This document shows positions 51,255 through 61,546 of a stretch of 64,000 nucleotides of DNA, piece after piece. The notes under the pieces are model-generated. The model saw only the letters and a list, made by a program, of their open reading frames with translations, did not search any database and was not told the DNA's origin. The first letter of the stretch is position 1, and every line of letters starts with the position of its first letter. The position numbers and the translations under genes are program-made. Location of the stretch: NCBI GenBank assembly GCA_002633005.1, contig NMRA01000166.1:620001-684000 (forward strand), read 5' to 3'. This stretch comes from Phoronis australis. Taxonomy: Eukaryota > Animalia > Phoronida.

Positions 51255-52546
51255 AACTAGAAAGATTATTGTCACGGCGTGACAATAACGGAATCTGCGC
51301 GTGCGTATTACTGGAATTGTTATGGAAAGCAACCCATTTACCAATATAAAAAGGAATTCTTTAAAATTGTAGGAGACATTACACATTAATTTGTCGATGA
51401 CCTTTCCACTTATTGACCTCTTCCGGTGCGTTATGAGCCCCGATGAGGGAGTAATTGTTAACTCGATTAAAAGTGTGGTTAATGCTAAAAATCACAGATG
51501 TTGTACTTTAAGCACTTCAGAATACAAGATGAATGAATTGGTCAAACTTTCAGAAGAAATATACACCTAATGACCCCTTGGGTGCACCAACTGACCTGAA
51601 AATTTAAAATTCAAACTCAATCGCAGTTAGTAAACAGATATGTAATTTTGAAGTCTCTATCTCAAAATTTTCGTTTGCACTCAATGACCTTTGACCTATT
51701 TTTCTGATTGGTTAGGCCTATTGCGAAGTAAAGTAGGGTATTCAATTGCCGTGTTGACTTACACCAGTGTGCTGAAATTTAAAAGAATTCCTTGAAAAAC
51801 GTAAGAGATATAACATTTTGAACGTTACATGATCTTTGCACTAATTGACCCTATCCGGTGCATTATAAGCGTCTTTAAGAGAATTATTGCAAAGCCCATG
51901 GAAAATGTGTTTAACACTGAGAATCACAGTTGTCTGACGGTTGACATCAGTATACTTGCTGATTGAAAAATTCAAATTTTCAGAAGAAAAATGCACTTAA
52001 TGACCCCATGTTTGCACTAAATGACCTGAAACTTTGGATTCCGAATTGAATTACATTTGGCAATCAGACCTGTCAATTTGAAATGTCTAGCTCAAAATTT
52101 TAGTTTGCACCTAATGACCTTTGACCTATTTCACCTGATTGGATGACCCGATTACTTAGAAAAGTAATTTTTTAAATTGTCATGTTGACTTATACCTGTG
52201 CACCGAATTTAAAAAGATAGCTTTAAAACTGAAGGAGGAGTAGCATTTTGAAAATTATATGACCTTTGCACCAATCGACCTCTTTCGGTGCAATATGGAA
52301 TATGATTATATAACTAATCAAAATTTGTATACTGTCAAAAGTCATATGCTGAATTTAAAGACCGTACCTGCACCCAATTTGGAGTTATTAAGCCTCAAGG
52401 TTGGTCGGAAGAAAAATAAGAATAAGAAGAAGAATAAAATTGAAGAAAACCCAGGAACAACAGTACTCTGCGCTTACACGCGCAGAGTAATAAAATTGAA
52501 GAAAACCCAGTAACAACAGTACTCTGCGCTTACCCGCGCTGAGTAA
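51255..52546 (+). mobile_element. Non-autonomous Helentron-like element with ~430-bp internal tandem repeats and terminal hairpins
   Basis: 5' palindrome TTATTGTCACG-G-CGTGACAATAA (51266-51288); core unit repeated at about 51398, 51830 and 52260 with TGACCTTTGACC motifs; AAG/AAT-rich tract; duplicated 56-bp end carrying the stem-loop TACTCTGCGC-TTACAC-GCGCAGAGTA. Confidence 0.55.
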
Positions 52547-52890
52547 CAATTGCTGCATGTGACCTATGAGTTCATTGCAGGGCTTCTAAGCACTGGTTGG
52601 AGCATAGAACAGACATTATGCCGGACGTATTGTTTGAGTAGACTTGTGTACGAACGGTGACAAATGCTTTCACGAACAAGAATCGACAGTTGCCAAAACG
52701 TTTAAAATAGCAATAGCCATGGGCATATGTTGCACATAGGATTAAACTAAATTTATGTGATTGCAAAAGATTGTCATTGTTTTGCTTATTCACCATTCCG
52801 TAACTATTAGTTTGTTTGTATGTCTTTTTCACTGGGATTAGGTTTCTCAACGTTAAAAAAAGTTTGCACCACAAGCATTTCACTCACTTT

Positions 52891-52896
52891 TTTATT
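52891..52896 (-). promoter_or_regulatory. Candidate polyadenylation signal of the EF-hand precursor gene
   Basis: AATAAA on the minus strand about 45 nt downstream of the stop codon. Confidence 0.45.
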
Positions 52897-52939
52897 CATC
52901 GAAGTTGATAAATAAATAAATATCAATACGAAGAAAATT

Positions 52940-53138
52940 TTATTTTTTGTAGGCATTTTTTCCAACAAAATCTAGAAGCTCAGCCACTTCGTAGACAACT
53001 TCGTTAGCGTCGAATTCTAACTTGAAATTTTTGACGGCCTGTGTAAGGACTTGATCGACCTTTTTCAATTCCTTGATATCCAAAACGTAATCCATATTCC
53101 CGTCGAGCCAATGGATAATATACCAGACAGTGCCAGAT
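52940..53138 (-). CDS. Secreted repeat-propeptide/EF-hand protein, exon 5 (terminal)
   Basis: cttttgcag|, phase 2. SGTVWYIIHWLDGNMDYVLDIKELKK...KNAYKK*; third EF-loop-like DGNMDYVLDIKE. Confidence 0.85.
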
Positions 53139-53594
53139 CTGCAAAAGAGAGTGCCCAAACTTTTAAAGACATTGGATAGTACTACTCTATAAAATGGAGG
53201 AGACGTTTTTATTGCGTCCGTGGAATCTGAAGCACGTTGTTCCCAAGCCTATAAATTATGAAGTTGGCTGTATCAGCCTGAAAACCGTGTAAAGGACTCG
53301 GAATATCAACCCATGAGAAGGTAAATATTATTGGGGGCTGGAGGGGACACAGACCAATTCGTCTTCGCCAACATTTTGCCCCAACCCCCCTCCCCCTTCC
53401 TAATGCCACTACCTTTGCTACCCCCTTAATCCATTCGCCGAATGTTGCCAGTTTTGTTCAGATCCCCCACGCCCGTCACAGCTGGACGCCAACACAGGGA
53501 GGCAGCCATCAGAGCTTGGGTAACCATGTTTCAACAAAGTTTCAGAGAGAGTAGGAGTGAGACAAAGGGCCAGCGCAGACAGATGGCAGGGAGC

Positions 53595-53640
53595 ATACAT
53601 ACACACATACATACATACATACATACATACATACATACAC

Positions 53641-53673
<33 letters not shown>

Positions 53674-53700
53674 CATCCATCCATCCGTACATACATATAT
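53595..53700. repeat. (CATA)n microsatellite
   Basis: Read directly from the sequence. Confidence 0.95.
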
Positions 53701-54893
53701 GAACACGTATAGGTCTATACACCCCTTCGTTAACGCAAACTTCATTAAAAACACGAATATCGAAAAGCTTGATATACACTCCCTCACAGTCTCTGTAAAT
53801 AATTTGCTATCTTCCGGTGAGCAGGTATACAACAAATTTCCAGTAGACATTGCAAACAAACAAGCTAAAATGGAAGCTATATTTCGAGAGCACAAATGCC
53901 TCTTTACATAGTAAAAATGAACATGGTGTAAGCGAAACAGAGAAATAAAAACTGTGACAGCATGGTAGAGTTCAGTAGCTGTCTCGCTGCTAAAAATCTA
54001 ACCAAAATCAGGTGCCCTTGTTCAAAACACACGGCAATATATCGAGTAGTCTTTTTTGAAGTAGTTCCTGACGAGGTCCAAGTGTTATTGAACTCTACCC
54101 AGGTAGAAGGGCATACAACTGGAAGCGAATAGAGCCAGAATGCGGGAAATCCCCGGGAGCTCCTCATTCAGCACAGGTTTTTCATGACTGGTTAACATTG
54201 ACTGCAAAATCTTTATCCAAAATGTTCCATTTGTGCATAGCAAAAAGCAGTGCTGTATATTGTATCTTTCCATGTTGATATAATATATAGACCGGCAGCA
54301 CAGAGCACTAAGCATAGATGAAAGAGGTACCAACATCTGACCATAGGAGCACTTAGAGTCCACCTCAGTATGTACAGAAACTTATTTACGCCCTTGTCTA
54401 CACTCTGGGTGTGACCCCTGGGTACCTTACAGGGGGGAAATATGAACTAGATGAAATATTCGATGTACCGGCCAAAACTGTCCTAAAACGAGCAATAGTA
54501 CAACACTGAACTACGAATGACCCATGGCAGACAAATTGCACTTTAGAAAGGGTCCGCCATAAACCAAAAGGGACCCCCAAAATTGAGGTAGCTCATACAT
54601 TTGAGGTACCACAAAAATTCTATTCCATATGATTCAGTACATGCCACTGACCACTAAATGGCCTATGACAGAAAAAATACACTCTAGACTGTACTCACCA
54701 GAAACCCCCAAAATCTCAACAAAGGTATGCCACTGAACATTTGGCCTAGATTATATATTCGAGATACCGGTAAAAATAATTAAAATGAATGATAGTGTCT
54801 CACTGAACACCGAATAACCCATGAAAAACAAACTACAATCTGGAAAGGGTCCGGCAGTTACTGCACATTTACTGTTCGAGTATAGATACTTAC

Positions 54894-54991
54894 AGATCCC
54901 TTGTCTTGTTTAAATATCCGAATTCCTCTGCCATCACGTCCCAGAAAGTAACATTCCCATCCTTATTCAGGTCAGATTGTTTCAAATACTC
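54894..54991 (-). CDS. Secreted repeat-propeptide/EF-hand protein, exon 4
   Basis: cattgtag| EYLKQSDLNKDGNVTFWDVMAEEFGYLNKTRDL |gtaagt; EF loop DLNKDGNVTFWD; phase 0 to 2. Confidence 0.88.
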
Positions 54992-56199
54992 CTACAATGA
55001 TATGTTTCGAGATTCACAGGTAGGCATCAAATTCAGGTGCACTAATCTGATACAATTGCGCGCTAAGAGCTAAACCAGCAATTGCAATGTCAGACGGGCT
55101 TTTTCCTACACCAGGCCAGTCCATTTCTGTATTGAATAAGTCACAAATTTTCTCTAGTGTCGAATTCATACTTTGGGGCCCGAACACTATGAAAGTGGAG
55201 AATAAATCGTAAACGTGTGTGTGTGATTGGTAGATTTAATTTTCTTCGGTAGATATATTACCTAAAACCTGTTGATCACTGCGACTTCCAAAACTTTTGT
55301 TTTCTTCAACTTACATGTAAAGAAATCACAAGAAATTTTAAGCAAGAAACGTGTTTTCTCGTAATTTAACTCAAAGATCACAACCATGAGTTTTTGCAAT
55401 CAATGAGGGTGATACAATTATACGCAGTTTGTACAGTCAACCGAATGGCTTTTAAGACGATCTCAAATGTGTGAGTACGCTGCTTTAAAAATCCGTTGTC
55501 GCCAAAGAAACATGCTTTTTATTTAGACTGCATAACGTTATAAAATTAAACTTGTTTCTTACTTAGACGAAAAATGGTGTCTGAACTTAAAAGAACTAAC
55601 AGTTTCTTTATCGTTTGAGATCATGCTCGGCGCATGACGTGACCCGACGGGACAAGCCAGCTTGTTGAGCTACCAATAACAAAAAGTATGGACTAATGTC
55701 ACAGTTGGTAGTGATGCTAATCAAAAATTGCATTTAAAGTACATGTAGTCTCTTTTGCATTATCAAGGTTCGCTATAGAATCATAAACATGATTTTTCAG
55801 AAGTTTCACTTTGTCAAAACAATCTGTGCTCTGGCTACAACATAACAAAAATACCAAAATGAAATTTCATACGTTGAAGCTCTTAAAGTAGTCACGTGCA
55901 AACACATTTTATAACAGAAAAGTTGCACTTGGAAAAAACATTTTCAAAATCTGCTATTTTCGACAAATTCCACAAATTTTGCTGGCATGGTGATATTTTG
56001 TAACACGAGATGATGATAGCCTTCGGAGTAAAATGTATAATTATATTTAGTAGTAAAAACTGCCATGAAAAGACTGTATCGGTAAATCTCATTAACACAT
56101 GTACACCGTAGATCTATGTTAGAGCCATCTTTCTGAACACGTGTAACAGTAGCCGTACTTTGTACAAAGGACGCAAAACATTCCGTTTTTAACCCTTAC

Positions 56200-56313
56200 C
56201 TTAGTTTCATTAACTGCCAACGCATCTGACATGTTTTTCACCAGGTCTGATACAGTAATAAGTCCGTCCTTATTGGAATCGAGCAATCCAAAGTACGCTC
56301 TCACAAGTGATTT
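56200..56313 (-). CDS. Secreted repeat-propeptide/EF-hand protein, exon 3
   Basis: cctttcacag| KSLVRAYFGLLDSNKDGLITVSDLVKNMSDALAVNETK |gtaagg; EF loop DSNKDGLITVSD; phase 0 to 0. Confidence 0.88.
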
Positions 56314-56639
56314 CTGTGAAAGGAAAATAATGTGATGTTAAGTACATTCCCTCTACACCACGAGATTGCATGGTAGGAATTACGTAATCAATTTGGGACG
56401 AGCTGGAAAAAGTCCGGAGCTCAGTAAAAAATCGAGATTAAGACAGGCTTAGTAGCACTAGGTATTGTAGTTTTTCTTTTCGAAGGCTTTTATCTGCAGC
56501 ACTGCTGTCGTCTTTCAAATCTATTACGGAACGGTGACCTCTGTAACAGCGCCACCTACGCGGTAACCTTTCCTAGCACTGGGAAAGCGTGTATGTGGAA
56601 CGCTTGCTGGCTCGTAAACAGATTGACGTACAGACCTAA

Positions 56640-56642
<3 letters not shown>

Positions 56643-56695
<53 letters not shown>
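56643..56695. repeat. (TG)n microsatellite
   Basis: Read directly from the sequence. Confidence 0.97.
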
Positions 56696-56696
<1 letters not shown>

Positions 56697-57012
56697 GCGT
56701 ATGTTTTGCGCGTCCGTGTGCGTGTATCATATTTTGCATTGCTTGACGCAAGACTGGGTGCTATAACTGTTTTTGTATGTGCGTGCCATTTGGCAAAAAT
56801 TGGACTTTGAACAACAAGAAAGCTGTGCCTATAAGTTAAAGCATCCTGTCAGAAAAACAGATAATTTAAATGAAGCACAGCCTTGGAAAACCCTTCAGAT
56901 TTTAGAATACCACTAAAGGTGCACAAAGACTGGTATAAACATGTGAATGATTTACTCTACAAAACCAAAAGAAATACTTGAGTGTTTAAAGCACGACCAT
57001 ACACATACTTAC

Positions 57013-57046
57013 CCAAGTTTGACACTTTATGCCACAGTTTGCACTC
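57013..57046 (-). CDS. Secreted repeat-propeptide/EF-hand protein, exon 2 (34-nt microexon)
   Basis: atcatttcag|GAGTGCAAACTGTGGCATAAAGTGTCAAACTTGG|gtaagt. It converts phase 2 to phase 0 as required and encodes (S)SANCGIKCQTW. Confidence 0.8.
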
Positions 57047-57764
57047 CTGAAATGATGCAAATAACTGAATTGTTTATTTTATACATGACAGAATCTTTAG
57101 AATCCGCAAAAGAAACGCGTCTGAAATACAGAAAGTAGAGCAATGTTGCATTATTTTCCAGGGGGAATGTTGTTTCTACTAGAATTGAAATTTTTAGCCA
57201 TATGACTACAACCCTAAACAACTCAGGTTAATCTTTTTTCATCAAATGTCGCAAAATTTTCAGAACAAACACCACCCCCCGCTGATGAAATGCTTTACTT
57301 TTTCTTTCATCTTATATACAGAATCGAATTTTATTCAGATATTTCACAGCACTACTCCGAACTTGTTCGACTTCCAGAGTGTTTTCTCAAATGCCATTGT
57401 CTGAATCTCTCTGAAACCTTTTCCCCAGTACTGCCCAACGAACAATTATTTAGTTATCCTTTACACTGGTTAAGAAGTAACTGATCTCACGTCTCATCAC
57501 TTATTTAATTTACTCCAACATCGACGAAAATTTGATTAGTGGCCACAAAAACTGATTACACCATATAGAATGATGTCCTACATTTGACAAATGAATGTTT
57601 GTTCAAATACTGATTGTAAAGGAAAGAGATTACAGTGGGTCAACATTACATACAATGACACAGTGAATAATGTTTATGTAACTGGAAAAGCTTCTGTCAG
57701 AATAAATATTGATTGTGTAATTAGTAGAGTTGGTTCCATTTAAGTTGCCCAAATTTTCTGCATA

Positions 57765-59016
57765 CCGTATTCGCCTTGATAAGCACCCATGCCCCTGTAA
57801 GCGCCCCCCACGCGTTTTCAGACTTCACTAAAATAAGCGCTCAGCCCCTGAACGTGTACAAGCGAAAAATGCCTTACCTACAGTTCTAAAATTCTACAGT
57901 AACGTCTTCAATTAATCGACAAAATCCGACAGTCCTGAAAAAATAGTTGTGCGTGGTATACACTTCAAACTTTCGCCGTGCTTCAAAAACAACGCAAAAG
58001 TTTTGCTGATCTTGCGAGTAACGTGTCCCACCATGGTCTGGCCTTTCAGAAAAGACGCAGCATACTTGTCAACGGGGTTGTATTGTAACTTTTCCGTACA
58101 GATGTTCTCCCTCAGCAGTAATCTACATTTCTTTGTACGCGCGAAAACTTCGAATTGAAGACTAATAAAAACTTGACCAGTGTTAAAAGCACGTGGCCAG
58201 GACGCGTGCGCTGCATACACGTATACCCAATGAGATGAATATAGCTATGTATATAGCTCATTGCGTATACCTGTCATTAGTCGGGAACTATCCATTCATG
58301 AAACGTAGCATAGCATCGGCAAGAAATAAATATTGCCACTAATTTCCGAGATTTTCCAGTACCGTAAAAAACGTTTACGTTATTTTTAAAAAGAATTTTT
58401 TGATTAATCATTATTGGTGTTTTTAAAGTCAAAATGACCCACTGATAGTGAAGACTTCCGCACCCTTACACCCCGAAACTCCCGTTAAATATCTGTTAGA
58501 CTATCACGCATCTAGTCACCCGGCGACTCAATCAGATTTAATATCGGCCTTACTGAGACAATTCTCGGATGTTTTTAGCAAGTGAGACCAGCAAGTGTAA
58601 AGTAAAATACGTTCTGCTTTACTGCTTGAGTTAATTTTTTTAGTTATAATGCACACCTAGATCGTTACATGTTTACGTTGGCGAATGGACTTTGATGACA
58701 CGCACGCGCTCGCTCACTCACACACGCAGACAAACTTAAGGGGGATTTCAGGTAATTTGATAAGTCGAAACTGTATTTATATTCAAGAATTCAACTTGCA
58801 CTATCGAAAATCGCGAGGCATTGGGATTTCAGCATAATTTTTTGAAAAATGATCGTAATTTAACAACGAAGCTTGATAGCAATGCACCAAACTTTTGTAG
58901 AAAGTCTGTCATAGGTTACAGATATGCCAGAGAGTCTAAATTTTATGAATCCTAGCTTCCGATTTCACCCGTTTCAGAGATCGATTTTCAATCGGTTTAG
59001 TCCTGGGCGAATACGG
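57765..59016. mobile_element. TA-flanked DNA transposon derivative (Tc1/mariner/pogo-like ends) carrying a HIRAN-like coding fragment
   Basis: TA-CCGTATTCGCC ... GGCGAATACGG-TA. Minus-strand ORF 57912-58220 contains NPVDKYAASFLKGQTMVGHVTRKISKTFALFLKHG. Confidence 0.6.
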
Positions 59017-59788
59017 TATGCACTTTTAAAACCATGGGATCAAACTTGTTTACATGTACTTTTGATATCAACATGTATGTCAGATGTTGTTTACGTCTTT
59101 GTTTCTGGATGCACTGTGAAGATTCTAGAATTTTCTGAGATCAGAACGTAAAAGCCAATGATATGATCATGTGATTTTTATTAGCCAATCGTTAGGTATG
59201 TACATTATAATAATTTGGGCAGAAGTCTGGAAATAGTCAGATGGAATTTGGTAGTTGAAACTGGACTTGCTACAGTGTAGCGCCTACTGAAGAAATAATA
59301 CAACAGAGCCATCTCGTGGAAGATTCTAAAGAGGATCTTGACAAGGGCAAGCTAGGGTTAGGGGGGGNCAATTTTGGGTTGTTTGAAGGCTACTTGAAAT
59401 CGCAGCCAATTTCTCAGTCGATACCCAGCAATGCACAATTGCAACCGGGGGCCGCCATCTTGAAGAAGATTGCAGCTACAGCCGAGAAAGTGGCCCTTTT
59501 TTATTTTCAACATAATAAGTTAATTTAATGGTTCTCTCTCCACCCACGCACAATAACAAAGTATAGCAACCGTTAACCAAACCCACAGTCAAGTTCTGAC
59601 ATACTGTGGTTGTTTAATTGCGCTCTTTTTAAGTCGACAGGTGATTGTCAAAAGCTTGAAAACTGTTAACTGTTCTTGAAGTCATGGGACGCGCTCGGGA
59701 AAAGTCCAACGGCCACTGTCATACTTACCAAACATTAAGTACGAAACTTCATTTACCATGACGTATAAAAGTTGGAATAAGTACTTAC

Positions 59789-60351
59789 GAGTTCTTTAGT
59801 GCAGTCAATATTGTATCCACGGTCTCTTTGGTTTGCATCGTTCCATTGGGTTTACAAGCCTTCCTTTTAACAATTGGCTGTGCTCTTCTTACCACCGTGG
59901 CATTGTCGAGCTGCGCTGCTCTTTTATCCACCGTTTCAGACATGATAGTCGGCATTGCTCTTCTGACCAATGAGGCATTGGCTAAGTGCGCTTCTCTTTT
60001 ATCAACCGTTTCAGGCATGATAGACGGGATTGCTCTTCTTACCACCGTGGCATTGTCGAGCTGCGCTGCTCTTTTATTCACCGTTTCAGACATGATAGTC
60101 GGCATTGCTCTTCTGACCAACGAGGCATTGGCTAAGTGCGCTTCTCTTTTATCCACCGTTTCAGGCATGATAGACGGGATTGCTCTTCTTACCACCGTGG
60201 CATTGTCGAGCTGCGCTGCTCTTTTATCCACCGTTTCAGACATGATAGTCGGAATTGCTCGTCTGACCAACCAGGGTGGTGCTCCTCTGTTAAGGGATGC
60301 TGTGGAACAGACGGCCAAAACAAAGGGAAAGATGACCAGCAAGACTTTCAT
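59789..60351 (-). CDS. Secreted repeat-propeptide/EF-hand protein, first coding exon (join complement 60351-59789,57046-57013,56313-56200,54991-54894,53138-52940; 335 aa)
   Basis: Signal peptide MKVLLVIFPFVLAVCSTA, then five 25-aa repeats each with RR and KR sites. Donor TC|gtaagt. An acceptor ctatccacag| 9 nt before the ATG suggests an upstream non-coding exon. Confidence 0.88.
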
Positions 60352-60564
60352 TTTCGTGACCTGTGGATAGAAATTATGACTGTACGTACACGATATTCTA
60401 GTCCGGGTGTGAATTACCTGACTAGATACCCTATATATATAAAAATTTATGGTGATTTAATCGGCGACAGTGAAGCATGGGTAAAACGCGCACAGTTGAA
60501 CTGAATTAGCAAATTCATCTCTGACAATATTTCAACAGTTGTTCCGAGCGAATGTGTTTTTCTT

Positions 60565-61546
60565 GGATTGTTCTGAAACCCCCTCGACCCTCACACCCTT
60601 TGACCCTCGACCCCCTCTACCCACAACCTCCTCGACCCACGACCCTCTACTCACGACCCACGACCCAAAGCCTCCTCGACTCAGTCTAGACACAAGCTCT
60701 ACTCCATCTGAGCATAGAACACTCAAGCGCTGACTTGTGAGACCAATAATTTGGGCCGTGACCTCGGCTAGCTTTTCCCTGTTTTTGCAATTAAAGCAGT
60801 TGGTTCGGCAAGTTTGAAAGTCAAAAGACATACCAACCTTACAAATGTCGTTCTCGGCAGATTATAATCGTCTCGTTTGCTCTTCAGTGAATTGTATAGT
60901 GCGAGGAAACGACAAAACTGTAATTTCACCAGTAAATACAGTTTGAAAAAACAAAACGTTAACTAAAAAGTTTTCAACGTGATATGGAGTATATTGTGAA
61001 GGAGTACACAAAATAAAGCAAATAATAAAAATCGGAAATTCTGTACATTCAGGTTATTGTACTCGCTCCCTAAGTTTATTAGAATAGGGCCATTGATAGC
61101 CGCTCAAGAAACTATTTCCGTGACAACGATAGCACGCTCACAATGCGCTATTCAAGACCACCTGCGTTCTCACGCCACTTTCTGTTTTTACTCACCAGCC
61201 TCCCGTTCAGTAACGCTAGGACCTCGCTAAAAAACAAGACTTCGCGAGATTACGTGAGATATTGCCGTGTATTTTAAATGGGAACACGTGACCTTGACTA
61301 GACTTTAGCTAGATCCTAGCGTAGGTCCTAGCGTCTACTGAACGCACGCCAGATTTCACTGAGCCAGAGCAGACTCGCGTGTAGGTATGTTTTATGAGAA
61401 AGTCGCGCAGCGACGTAATAAGATCGTGACATATGTAAAAAGCCCACAGATACCTCTATTTCCTCAGGTCGTGGGTCGAGGGGGTCGTGGGTCGATTGGG
61501 TTGTGGGTCGAGAAGTGTGGAGTTCGATGGATTTTCAGAACAATCC
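60565..61546. mobile_element. TIR element (Mutator-like) with CGACCC-rich subterminal repeats
   Basis: GGATTGTTCTGAAA at 60565 and TTTCAGAACAATCC at 61533-61546, with cgaccc / gggtcg repeat arrays inside each end. Confidence 0.65.

Noticed and set aside
53418-53895. MYVC/HTYI repeat ORFs
   Set aside because: These are translations of the (CATA)n microsatellite.
52940-56313. Aequorin-like photoprotein or sarcoplasmic Ca-binding protein identity for the three-EF-hand domain
   Set aside because: Those proteins are cytosolic with a long gap between EF1 and EF3. Here the loops are evenly spaced (33 and 38 aa) and follow a signal peptide.
59828-60370. 180-aa hydrophobic repeat ORF on the + strand
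   Set aside because: It is an antisense shadow of the repeat exon; the minus strand has the ATG, signal peptide, dibasic sites and splice donor.
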